Assembly: GCA_963827685.1 (NCBI GenBank)
Contig: CAWHBU010000004.1
Coordinates: 64,001 to 128,000 of the forward strand
DNA from: an uncultured delta proteobacterium
Lineage (GTDB): Bacteria; Desulfobacterota; BSN033; UBA1163
Direction: 5' to 3'
Length of the DNA stretch: 64,000 nucleotides
Part shown: positions 21,455 to 31,623 of the stretch, one piece after another
How positions within the stretch are numbered: the stretch's first letter is position 1
How the letters are laid out: every line of letters starts with the position of its first letter
Position numbers and translations under genes: made by a program
The notes under the pieces: model-generated
Database searches by the model: none
What the model was told of the DNA's origin: nothing
The model's input: the letters and a program-made list of their open reading frames with translations, nothing else

Positions 21455-22552
21455 ATGATTTATAGGAAGAGGCTCATTTCAAAAAGATTGTCAATTTTAA
21501 TTCTTTTTTTCGTCGTCAGTATTTTCGGCGCAGAACAAGTTTTCTCTGCTGTATTGACCGAGGAGGAAAGAAATAATATCGCGGTTTATGAGAAGGTGGC
21601 AGACGGGGTCGTTAATGTCACCAGTACAGCCATCCAGATGGATTTTTTCTTCAACGCCTACCCAGCCCAGGGATCCGGGTCGGGCTCTATCATTAATACG
21701 AAAGGCTATATCTTGACCAACCATCACGTTGTGGCCGATGCGCAAAAATTAGAGGTGACGTTAGCGGATGGGTCGAAGTGGCCCGCCAAATTGGTAGGGT
21801 CAGATCCAGATAACGACCTCGCAGTGATTAAGATTGACGCCCCTAAGGAGAAGTTAAAGGTCATTTCCATGGGAGATTCAAAGAATTTAAGGATCGGCCA
21901 GAAAGTCCTGGCTATCGGGAATCCTTTTGGCCTGCAAAGGACGTTGACCACAGGAATTATCAGTTCCCTTGGCCGGACCATCCGGTCTGAAGTGGGCACG
22001 TTAATCGAAGACGTGATTCAGACCGATGCCGCCATTAACCCAGGAAACTCCGGAGGTCCCCTCCTCAACTCCGATGGAGAAATCATCGGAATCAATAGTG
22101 CCATTCTCAGCCCATCCGGCGGAAGCGTGGGGATTGGTTTTGCCATTCCCGTTAATACAGCAAAACGAGTGGTTCCAGACCTCCTTTCAAAAGGCTATGT
22201 AACCTATCCCTGGATCGGTGCGAACATTCAATCGCTCATCCCTGAGATGGCGAAATCTCTTAAACTTAGAATACAACGAGGAGCGATGATTACGGAAGTG
22301 GTAAAGGCTGGCCCTGCTGATAAGGCAGGTCTGAAAGGGGGCAATCAGAAGATTCAAGTTGGTAATATGATTGTGTTCGTGGGTGGAGATATCGTGGTGA
22401 AGGCGGACCAACATGATGTGAAAACAAATGATGAGTTGATCCATTATATTCGTGAGAAGAAACCGGGGGATACCATTCTCCTTAAAGTCTATCGAAAAGG
22501 AGATCTTATTGATGTGAGGGTGACTCTCGGCGAAAGACCGAGGAAGAGGTAA
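21455..22552 (+). CDS. HtrA/DegP-like trypsin protease with one PDZ domain
   Basis: TNHHV, DLAVIK, QTDAAINPGNSGGPL, PDZ. Confidence 0.93.
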   Translation: MIYRKRLISKRLSILILFFVVSIFGAEQVFSAVLTEEERNNIAVYEKVADGVVNVTSTAIQMDFFFNAYPAQGSGSGSIINTKGYILTNHHVVADAQKLEVTLADGSKWPAKLVGSDPDNDLAVIKIDAPKEKLKVISMGDSKNLRIGQKVLAIGNPFGLQRTLTTGIISSLGRTIRSEVGTLIEDVIQTDAAINPGNSGGPLLNSDGEIIGINSAILSPSGGSVGIGFAIPVNTAKRVVPDLLSKGYVTYPWIGANIQSLIPEMAKSLKLRIQRGAMITEVVKAGPADKAGLKGGNQKIQVGNMIVFVGGDIVVKADQHDVKTNDELIHYIREKKPGDTILLKVYRKGDLIDVRVTLGERPRKR

Positions 22553-22556
22553 TCAA

Positions 22557-22826
22557 ATGGGAATATTATGGGCTCAGTGGGGTTGGCGTGATTATGGCAT
22601 GGGGCCAGGCATGATGTGGGGATGGTGGGGAATGGGATGGATCTTTATGATCATTTTCTGGGGACTTATCGCCCTGGGTTTGGTCTTTCTCATTCGATGG
22701 CTCGTTGGGATGACGAAAGCCAACAAATCGGAGGAATCTGCTCTCGATATCCTGAAGAAACGCTACGCCCTTGGAGAGATCAATAAAGAAGAATTTGAAC
22801 AGAAGAAAAAAGATCTCCTGCAGTAA
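22557..22826 (+). CDS. SHOCT-domain membrane protein
   Basis: GMGPGMMWG, one TM, ALDILKKRYA.GEI.KEEFE. Confidence 0.88.
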   Translation: MGILWAQWGWRDYGMGPGMMWGWWGMGWIFMIIFWGLIALGLVFLIRWLVGMTKANKSEESALDILKKRYALGEINKEEFEQKKKDLLQ

Positions 22827-22842
22827 TCTTTATGAAGTGACT

Positions 22843-23396
22843 CATTGAATTTTATAAAAAATACCTGTTGAATACCGCCCAGCTCTGCTGGGCGGATGAA
22901 AACAGGTTCGCGAAGCGATAAGACATGGTATAAGTACTGCATGAGCTCGATAAAAAGAACAAGCCATGCGGTCTACGATTTGAAATATCATATGGTATGG
23001 GTTCCCAAATATCGGAAGATGATATTGGGAGGTGAGTTGGCAAAAAGGCTTAAGATGAGTTTTGAGCAAATATCGGAGAGGTACGAGTTTGAGATAGATA
23101 CGATGGAGGTAAAGGATGATCATGTTCATTTATTTTTGTCTGCCCCTCCTCGGTATTGTCCGGCAGAGATTGTGCAGATCATAAAGAGTATCTCGGCGAA
23201 AATGGTGTTCAAGCAGTTTCCAGAGGTGAAGAAAGAGCTTTGGGGTGGAGAGTTTTGGAGTGATGGGTATTTTGTTCGGTCTGTTGGAGACAAAGTTACC
23301 TCTGAAGTCATACGTCGCTATATAAAGTATCAGCAACAGGAGCAATTAAGTTTTGAATTTTAATGCCCCGCAGCTCTGCTGCGGGGTTCTTTACTG
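22843..23396 (+). mobile_element. IS200/IS605-family element (tnpA only); ends approximate
   Basis: Sub-terminal hairpins CCGCCCAGC-TCT-GCTGGGCGG (22875-22895) and CCCCGCAGC-TCT-GCTGCGGGG (23366-23386) flank tnpA. Confidence 0.88.
22941..23363 (+). CDS. tnpA: IS200 Y1 (HUH) transposase
   Basis: YHMVWVPKYR, DHVHL, LWGGEFWSDGY, YIKYQ. Confidence 0.93.
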   Translation: MSSIKRTSHAVYDLKYHMVWVPKYRKMILGGELAKRLKMSFEQISERYEFEIDTMEVKDDHVHLFLSAPPRYCPAEIVQIIKSISAKMVFKQFPEVKKELWGGEFWSDGYFVRSVGDKVTSEVIRRYIKYQQQEQLSFEF

Positions 23397-23419
23397 AATG
23401 GTGCTTGACTCTTTAATGA

Positions 23420-23560
23420 TCATTCAACAATTCTAACGCAGTTCTGGCTTCCAAATTCATTCGGGACACAGCCGGCGCAGGAAGGATCATTTTCCCAGTC
23501 GCCATCTTTGAGAAACCGATATTCATATCTTCCTGGCTTCAAAGGGAGAGTTGTTCTCCA
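23420..23560 (-). pseudogene. C-terminal remnant of a CBM48/isoamylase early-set (glycogen-binding) protein
   Basis: Manual translation WRTTLPLKPGRYEYRFLKDGDWENDPSCAGCVPNEFGSQNCVRIVE*; no start. Confidence 0.75.
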
Positions 23561-23561
23561 T

Positions 23562-23714
23562 CTACTTTCCCTTCACATGGCACTGGGTGCACATCGTCGG
23601 GCCGGCAGGTTTGTTGGCTTTCTTTAGCTCATCATGGCAACCCTTGCAGGTAATATGAAAAGCATCGTTGACTGAGGGCGTATTCCCCTCCGCACCGGCC
23701 TTGTGACACTGTGA
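23562..23714 (-). pseudogene. C-terminal remnant of a cytochrome c3-family multiheme protein
   Basis: [29 protein letters not shown]; in-frame stop upstream at 23724-23726. Confidence 0.78.
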
Positions 23715-23764
23715 ATTTTTGAATTAAGAGAAATAGTCTTCTTAAAAATATTTTGAAAAAACAC

Positions 23765-23793
23765 TTGATATTTTTTGAAGATTATATTAAATT
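23765..23793 (+). promoter_or_regulatory. Candidate sigma70 promoter for the leader-met operon
   Basis: TTGATA-N17-TAAATT in AT-rich DNA. Confidence 0.4.
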
Positions 23794-23841
23794 TGGTTTA
23801 AGTCAATTTTTGTAACAGTATGAGGAGCACTTTTGAGCCAT

Positions 23842-23943
23842 ATGGAAACGAGAGGGATTCCAGAAGTTTTTCCAAAAGAATCTATGATGATGTGCATGAT
23901 GGCCATGTGTTATCATAATGGTAGGGGAGGCCCGTCCATGTAA
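23842..23943 (+). CDS. Met/Cys-rich leader peptide 1 (33 aa)
   Basis: METRGIPEVFPKESMMMCMMAMCYHNGRGGPSM*; followed by an intrinsic terminator; upstream of metY. Confidence 0.8.
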   Translation: METRGIPEVFPKESMMMCMMAMCYHNGRGGPSM

Positions 23944-23973
23944 CGTCATCGGGATATTTTTCTAACGCCAGGC

Positions 23974-24015
23974 AACCCACTACCCAAAGAAATGGTCAGT
24001 GGGTTTTTTATTTTT
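23974..24015 (+). terminator. Attenuator terminator 1
   Basis: AACCCACT-ACC..GGT-C-AGTGGGTT hairpin + T-tract. Confidence 0.85.
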
Positions 24016-24064
24016 GTAATCATTTAACCAAGTAACTAAAAACTAAAGAGCGTAATTAAGCCAT

Positions 24065-24175
24065 ATGAAAACGATAATAACTCCAGGGAACTTTTTAAAA
24101 AAACTTAACCGATCTATGATAATGTGTTGCATGACCATGTGTTGTCTGCTTGGTATGGGAGGTCCGCCTATGTAA
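24065..24175 (+). CDS. Met/Cys-rich leader peptide 2 (36 aa)
   Basis: MKTIITPGNFLKKLNRSMIMCCMTMCCLLGMGGPPM*; paralogous to leader 1. Confidence 0.8.
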   Translation: MKTIITPGNFLKKLNRSMIMCCMTMCCLLGMGGPPM

Positions 24176-24207
24176 ACATCATTATAGTAGCGTTTGTATT
24201 GTCGGAT

Positions 24208-24249
24208 AACCCACTACCAAGAGAAATGGTTAGTGGGTTTTTTGTTTTT
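24208..24249 (+). terminator. Attenuator terminator 2
   Basis: AACCCACTA-CCA..TGG-T-TAGTGGGTT hairpin + T-tract, near-copy of terminator 1. Confidence 0.85.
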
Positions 24250-24251
24250 AA

Positions 24252-25652
<1,401 letters not shown>

Positions 25653-25658
25653 ACAGAG

Positions 25659-26918
25659 ATGTCAGTGTTAAGTTCATTGTCTAATAAAATGGATAGGGTT
25701 ACAGGGGCATCTAATGAGAATGCCGGTGTTCCGGGACAGGATTTGAAGACAAGGGCGAGTAATAGCGTGGGTCTTGTGCAAACAAAGTATTTTCATTTTG
25801 CACTTCCGCCCAATGAACTCATCCTGGAGGGTGGTGAAAAGCTCGGTCCAATTACGGTCGCTTATGAGACCTACGGCAAACTGAATGATCAGCGATCCAA
25901 CGGCGTTCTCATTCTTCATGCCCTCTCAGGCGATGCCCATGCTGCGGGTTTTCATAGAAGAGAAGAAAATCCAGGGTGGTGGGATAATATGATCGGGCCG
26001 GGCCGGGCCTTTGATACGAATAAATATTTCATTATTTGTTCAAACGTTCTCGGAGGTTGCAGGGGAACCACCGGTCCATCTTCCATCAACCCCAAGACAG
26101 GGAAAAAATATGGTCTCGATTTTCCAATCATTAGTATTTCAGACATGGTCAATGTGCAAAAGCACTTGATTGATCATTTGAAGATCGACCGGCTGCTTTC
26201 AGTGGCAGGCGGTTCAATGGGTGGCATGCAAGCCTTAGAGTGGCTGACTGCTCATCCAGAACGGCTGAAGAGTGCGATCGTTATTGCAACGGCGGCAAAG
26301 CATTCACCGCAGCAGATTGCATTTCACGAAGTCGGAAGGCAAGCGATTATGGCTGATCCTCACTGGAAGGAGGGTCATTATTACGGTGGGCTTCCTCCCG
26401 CAAAAGGGCTTTCCGTCGCCCGTATGATCGGTCATATCACCTATATGAGCGAAATCTCAATGGCGGAGAAATTCGGAAGGCGTTTGAGTCACAACGGGAA
26501 ACCCCATAAACTTAGCATCGGTTTTAAAGTAGAGGAATACCTGCACAACCGGGGGGATCATTTTGTGAAAAGGTTTGATGCCAATTCTTATCTCTATATC
26601 ACGAAGGCCATAGACTCTTTCGATGTTTCACGGGGCAAAGAACTCTATGAAGTATTCAAGGGGAATAAAGCTAAAGTCCTTGTTCTGGGATTTAAGTCGG
26701 ATTGGCTCTACCCGGCTTCTCAATCAAAGGAAATTGTAAAGGCTTGCAAGTTGACAGGGGTGGATACGACCTATTGTGAGATCGATTCAACTTATGGACA
26801 CGATGCCTTTCTCCTTGAGGTTGAGGAGGAGACACATCTCATTAAACATTTTCTACACAAGGTATCTTTTGAACAAGGGGTAATAGATGAATATGAGGTA
26901 AGGGAATATGCAATCTGA
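25659..26918 (+). CDS. metX: Homoserine O-acetyltransferase
   Basis: [28 protein letters not shown]. Confidence 0.95.
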   Translation: MSVLSSLSNKMDRVTGASNENAGVPGQDLKTRASNSVGLVQTKYFHFALPPNELILEGGEKLGPITVAYETYGKLNDQRSNGVLILHALSGDAHAAGFHRREENPGWWDNMIGPGRAFDTNKYFIICSNVLGGCRGTTGPSSINPKTGKKYGLDFPIISISDMVNVQKHLIDHLKIDRLLSVAGGSMGGMQALEWLTAHPERLKSAIVIATAAKHSPQQIAFHEVGRQAIMADPHWKEGHYYGGLPPAKGLSVARMIGHITYMSEISMAEKFGRRLSHNGKPHKLSIGFKVEEYLHNRGDHFVKRFDANSYLYITKAIDSFDVSRGKELYEVFKGNKAKVLVLGFKSDWLYPASQSKEIVKACKLTGVDTTYCEIDSTYGHDAFLLEVEEETHLIKHFLHKVSFEQGVIDEYEVREYAI

Positions 26919-27510
26919 ACCTCCTTCGTTAGAACACAGGGCCATCCTTAATTGGGTCAGGCGAGGCTCTTCCGTGCTCGATCTCGGTTGCGGCGACGGG
27001 GTATTATTGGATCTCCTTGTCCGAGAGAAGAGTGTCAGGGCCCAAGGCATTGAGATTGATGAACAGGCCATCTATCAATGTGTTGCCAAAGGACTAAGCG
27101 TATTCCATGAAGACATCGATCATGGCTTATCCGACTACTCAGATCAGTCTTTTGATTATGTGGTACTCAATCAGAGCTTCCAGCAGGTGAAAAATCCTGA
27201 CATTGTATTGAAGGAAGCCTTAAGAGTAGGCAGAGAAGTCATCGTCGGTTTCCCTAATTTTGCCCATTTCCTGGCTCGTTTGCAGATATTCTTTAAGGGC
27301 AAAACGCCAGTGACACCTTCCCTGCCATACGAATGGCATGATACCCCTAATCTCCATTTTTTAAGTATTTCAGACTTTACCGCGTATTGCCATCGGAGAA
27401 ACATTAAAATAGAGAAGGAGTCTTTTATTGGAAGAAATAGAAGAGTGAGGATATTCCCAAATCTTTTTGCGTTGGCAGGAATCTTTCTCATTTCAAATGG
27501 ATCCACCTAA
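26908..27510 (+). CDS. metW: Methionine biosynthesis protein MetW
   Basis: [27 protein letters not shown]; follows metX. Confidence 0.92.
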   Translation: MQSEPPSLEHRAILNWVRRGSSVLDLGCGDGVLLDLLVREKSVRAQGIEIDEQAIYQCVAKGLSVFHEDIDHGLSDYSDQSFDYVVLNQSFQQVKNPDIVLKEALRVGREVIVGFPNFAHFLARLQIFFKGKTPVTPSLPYEWHDTPNLHFLSISDFTAYCHRRNIKIEKESFIGRNRRVRIFPNLFALAGIFLISNGST

Positions 27511-27570
27511 GATTGCAGCCCACGCCCATTTAATCTTAAAATAGAATAACCTTATCATAGTGACAGCCGT

Positions 27571-28587
27571 GTGCCGATGAAAGAACAGTTCTATATCCAA
27601 TGGCATATTACCAACCTTTGCAATCTTCGTTGCCAGCACTGCTATCAAGACGATTTCTCAAAGAGGAACGATCTGGATTGGGCAGGGCTTAAGAAGGTAT
27701 GTGATAACCTCCTCAACACAATGAGGGATTGGGATAAAACAGCCTGTATTCATCTCACGGGCGGCGAGCCTTTATTAAAACCCGAGCTATTTCCCCTCCT
27801 CAATCATTTAGACCAGCATTCAATGGTTGAAGAGTTGGGGATCATCACCAATGGTCTTCCCATTGATCGAGAGACGATGAAGAGGTTATCTGGGTTTTCA
27901 AAATTAAGGAAAATAAAGATTTCTCTGGATGGAGGGAATGCAGAGACGAATGATTCCATTCGTCAAAAGGGAACTTTCGATAAGGTAATGAAAAATATTC
28001 CCTTGATCAAAAGGGAAGAAAGATTTGAGATCATTTTAATGCTCACTGCTATGAAAAGAAATTTTAGGAGCCTTCTATCTCTCTTCAAGCTCTGTCAGGA
28101 TTTAGGCATTGATGGATTGATCATCGAACGGTTCATTCCTTTAAGCAGAGGAAGAGAAAGCTTGGATGAAGTGCTAAGTAAGGAAGAATGGAAAGAAATG
28201 ATAGGAATGCTTTCAGATTTTATCTCAACCCAAGAAGAGGATTCCTTTTTTCCTTACCAAGCCTTTCAGATCGGTTTCAGTGGAGAGGAGGCGGAACTAT
28301 TGGGTGCTCCTTGTGTCATTGGAGTGGATGGTCTTTGCATCATGCCTGAGGGAAGTGTTTTTCCCTGCCGAAGATTTCCCATTTCAATAGGAAACCTTTT
28401 GGAAACCCCCTTAAAACAGATATGGGAAGAATCAGAACTTTTAGAGAAATTGAGAAGGAAAGGGAACCTCAAAGGGAAATGCGGAAGCTGTGAGATAAGA
28501 GACTGCCGAGGTTGCCGAAGCCTGGCACTCGCTTTGACAGGTGACTTTCTGGAAGAAGACCCACACTGTTCGTATCAGGACGTTTAG
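27571..28587 (+). CDS. Radical SAM protein with SPASM domain
   Basis: CNLRCQHC, TGGEP, C-terminal C..PC...CGSC...CRGC...DPHC. Confidence 0.88.
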   Translation: MPMKEQFYIQWHITNLCNLRCQHCYQDDFSKRNDLDWAGLKKVCDNLLNTMRDWDKTACIHLTGGEPLLKPELFPLLNHLDQHSMVEELGIITNGLPIDRETMKRLSGFSKLRKIKISLDGGNAETNDSIRQKGTFDKVMKNIPLIKREERFEIILMLTAMKRNFRSLLSLFKLCQDLGIDGLIIERFIPLSRGRESLDEVLSKEEWKEMIGMLSDFISTQEEDSFFPYQAFQIGFSGEEAELLGAPCVIGVDGLCIMPEGSVFPCRRFPISIGNLLETPLKQIWEESELLEKLRRKGNLKGKCGSCEIRDCRGCRSLALALTGDFLEEDPHCSYQDV

Positions 28588-28624
28588 CATAAGCTGTGGC
28601 AAAAGATTATCGGTTGAGTGGTAC

Positions 28625-28654
28625 AAAAAAGGTAGGGTCGTTTCCGACCCTACC
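28625..28654 (-). terminator. Intrinsic terminator between convergent genes
   Basis: GGTAGGGTCG-TTTC-CGACCCTACC with an A-run on + (U-tract on -). Confidence 0.8.
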
Positions 28655-28730
28655 CCTGGTATCTGATTCTAATTTCGACTTCAGTTAAAACTTAAGAATC
28701 TCCAGGCTGTTATTACTCTCGACACTTAGT

Positions 28731-30050
28731 CTATAGTGCATCCAGTGTTCCGTCGTTTTTGTACCTGGCAACCAATATATCCTTGTTTTTCCCCGATTGG
28801 GCATACCCCACGACTATGATCTTACCGTCTGGTTGGGTGGTGACTGCAAAGCCCCAATTATTGCTATCGGGTGGGCAGTTCGAAAGAACAAGGCCCTCCT
28901 TCCCAAAGCTGCTATCCATCGTTCCATCGCTGTTGCACCTTGCAATATATGCCTCCTTTTTTGGACCGGATAAACTATTACCCACAATCACGATCTTTCC
29001 GTCCGGCAGAAGGGCTACCGCCTGACCCCAGTTGCCCTTTTTGGCCATGCTTTGGTACGAAGCAATGCCACCCATTCCAAAGGTCGTGTCAGGTTTTCCA
29101 TTGGCATTATATCTCAATAGTAAAATGTTCGTGTTTTCTCCAAGGCGGGTATTCCCAGCCACGATGATCTTCCCATCGGGTTGAATCGCTATGGAACGGC
29201 CCCAATCGCGTCCTCCTGGTGGGCAGCTAGAGGGTGCAACGCCCCCTTCACCAAAGCCCTTATCTAGTGATCCATCGGCGTTATATCTCACGGTCAATAC
29301 ATCGCATTTTTTTGTTGTATAACTCACCCCTACCATCACAATTCTACCATCAGGCTGGATGGCGACAGCACGACCCCAGACATTCGCATCGGATAAACCT
29401 TTATAAGTGACAACACCTCCTTTTCCAAAGGAGCTATCCAATGACCCATCACTGTTATACCTCAGAATCATTGGTTCATAGTTTTTGCCATTATGGGTCG
29501 AGCCTACCACTACGATCCTTGCATCGGATTGAAGCATGACTCCGAAACTCAGATCTTTGTTTTCCTTTGTCTGGCTTCTATAAGTGGTGACGCCACCTTT
29601 CCCAAAAGTGCTATCAAGTGATCCATCGCTATTGCATCTCAGAACCAATACTTCCCTGCTTTTGTCATAATAGGAATCACCCACCACAACGATCTTTCCA
29701 TCTGGTTGGAGGGCAACCCCAGAACCGTAATGATTGCCCTTTCTTTTTTCTCCATAAATGAAAACACCGCCCACCCCAAAGGCATTGTCTCTTGTTCCGT
29801 CGCTGTTAAATCTCAATACCAGTGTTCGGTGTTTTTTGCCGTTATAGCTTACACCCATCACCACAATCTTTCCATCTGGCTGGATGGCGACGGCACGACC
29901 CCACTCACTATTCTGGGGTGTAGATTTGTAAAGGATAAAACCCTCCGGTGGATTGAAGCCGGAGCCAGAAGAGTCTCCGGGAGTTGCAAGGCCAATGAGA
30001 AGCAATAAACCAACAAAATATGCGATTGACACAAAAATGGCTTTAAGCAT
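28731..30050 (-). CDS. Secreted delta-60 repeat (beta-propeller) protein
   Basis: Repeats of AIQPDGKIVVVG...LRYNSDGSLDxxFGxGG. Confidence 0.88.
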   Translation of the reverse strand: MLKAIFVSIAYFVGLLLLIGLATPGDSSGSGFNPPEGFILYKSTPQNSEWGRAVAIQPDGKIVVMGVSYNGKKHRTLVLRFNSDGTRDNAFGVGGVFIYGEKRKGNHYGSGVALQPDGKIVVVGDSYYDKSREVLVLRCNSDGSLDSTFGKGGVTTYRSQTKENKDLSFGVMLQSDARIVVVGSTHNGKNYEPMILRYNSDGSLDSSFGKGGVVTYKGLSDANVWGRAVAIQPDGRIVMVGVSYTTKKCDVLTVRYNADGSLDKGFGEGGVAPSSCPPGGRDWGRSIAIQPDGKIIVAGNTRLGENTNILLLRYNANGKPDTTFGMGGIASYQSMAKKGNWGQAVALLPDGKIVIVGNSLSGPKKEAYIARCNSDGTMDSSFGKEGLVLSNCPPDSNNWGFAVTTQPDGKIIVVGYAQSGKNKDILVARYKNDGTLDAL

Positions 30051-30524
30051 ATCGCCCTCCTTTCTTCCCTTCAGTATTTCCAGTAATGTTCCTCCACTTT
30101 CGCACGAAACCCTCTGCGGCTTCAGGAGGAGTGCCTAATAGCTCTGCTCATGGGCTTTGAGTTTTCCACAACCAATGCCGAGTCTGCAAAGGGTCCTTCT
30201 TATTCCGTTGAAGTTCTTTTCGTAAATATCCGCTTCTGACACGTTATTTCTCTTTCTTCGCCTACATCTAATTCACCCTTACCACAAACTTATTTACCAG
30301 GTCAAACAAAATTTCCATTTTTTTCCTGTTGTAAGTGCTCCGCAAATTTCACCTGTCCAAGGTTGGCCGATTTAAGATTTAGATAAGATTACGAGTTAAA
30401 ACGTTCATGAATTAGCCGATATGGGTCGATGATGATTCCCTCTTACAATCTCTTGAAAGACCATAGTTTCAAAACATCGGTTTAATGCTCACTCCGATTC
30501 AAAATACCGTATTTTTCGAAGTAG

Positions 30525-30544
30525 AATGGGGTGTTTACCCCATT
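30525..30544. promoter_or_regulatory. Palindromic operator candidate upstream of mtrA
   Basis: AATGGGGT-GTTT-ACCCCATT, perfect 8-bp inverted repeat. Confidence 0.45.
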
Positions 30545-30673
30545 TACTTTCCAGTCCTTTCTTATAATTTAGGAGGCAAGGCACATTCTTGATCGAAAAT
30601 CATTAGTAAAAAGGGCAGATTATGTAAGATTCAGCAGTCTTAGCAAGAATGGGGAAAAAGGGGAGGTGGAGTT

Positions 30674-31612
30674 ATGAAGAGAGGAGGTTTAGTTTCTTTA
30701 TTTATTTTTTTATTTGTCTCAGCTTTAGTCTTTTTCACTCACAATAGTGTCAAGGGGGATTCAGAGTTTGTTGGTTCTGAAGTTTGCAAAGATTGCCATG
30801 AGGCCCAATATAACAAGTTTATAGGATCCATCCATGGGAAAAAGGCAATTCCAGGCAATCCTGCTAACAGGGATGGGTGCGAATCATGCCACGGCCCCGG
30901 CGCCCAGCATGTTGAAAAAGGCGGGGGAAGAGGTGTTGCCATCTTTGCGTTTAGCAAAAAGGAAAGTTCTACTGCCAGGGATTCGAAATGTCTCGCATGC
31001 CATGAAGATATGAGAGGCGTGCAAAACTGGAATCTTAGCAAGCACAAATCTTTTCTCGTCACCTGCCACGACTGCCATTCCATTCACTCACCCATGCAGA
31101 AAAAAGATCTTCTCAAATCTCCAGAACCTGATCTCTGCTTTGGGTGCCATAGGAACATCAGAGCCCAATTCAACAAACAGTCACATCATCCAGTAAAAGA
31201 GGCATTTGTCGGTCGGCAGGCGCTAAAATGCTCAAGTTGCCACAACCCGATGGGTACTTTTGACATCAAAACGATGATCAAGGCCGATTCGGTAAATGAT
31301 CTCTGTTATAAATGCCATGCCGAAAAGAGAGGACCCTTTGCATTTGAGCATATGCCTGTTCCAGAGAACTGCCTAAACTGCCACGAAGTTCATGGGAGTA
31401 ATCATAGCAGGCTTCTGACCAGGAGGGTGCCTCTCCTTTGTCAAAGCTGCCATGATACGGTAGGAGGAAGGCATAATACCGACCCCTATACCAATCTTCA
31501 CTCTTTCTCGGGTACTGCTACAGCCGGGAAAAATAGATTTTTCGGCAGGTCTTGTCTGAACTGCCATGGGAATATTCATGGAAGCAGCCTTTCTGAATTC
31601 TTTGTGCGATAG
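30674..31612 (+). CDS. mtrA: DmsE/MtrA/PioA-family decaheme cytochrome c
   Basis: Signal peptide; 10 CxxCH motifs counted; CHAEKRGPFAFEH, CLNCHGNIHGS. Confidence 0.92.
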   Translation: MKRGGLVSLFIFLFVSALVFFTHNSVKGDSEFVGSEVCKDCHEAQYNKFIGSIHGKKAIPGNPANRDGCESCHGPGAQHVEKGGGRGVAIFAFSKKESSTARDSKCLACHEDMRGVQNWNLSKHKSFLVTCHDCHSIHSPMQKKDLLKSPEPDLCFGCHRNIRAQFNKQSHHPVKEAFVGRQALKCSSCHNPMGTFDIKTMIKADSVNDLCYKCHAEKRGPFAFEHMPVPENCLNCHEVHGSNHSRLLTRRVPLLCQSCHDTVGGRHNTDPYTNLHSFSGTATAGKNRFFGRSCLNCHGNIHGSSLSEFFVR

Positions 31613-31623
31613 GGGGTGAGACA

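Noticed and set aside
30095-30200. Possible riboswitch in the 5' UTR of the delta-60 gene (ACCCTTTGC/GCAGAGGGT stem)
   Set aside because: Only one convincing helix and no recognisable aptamer motif.
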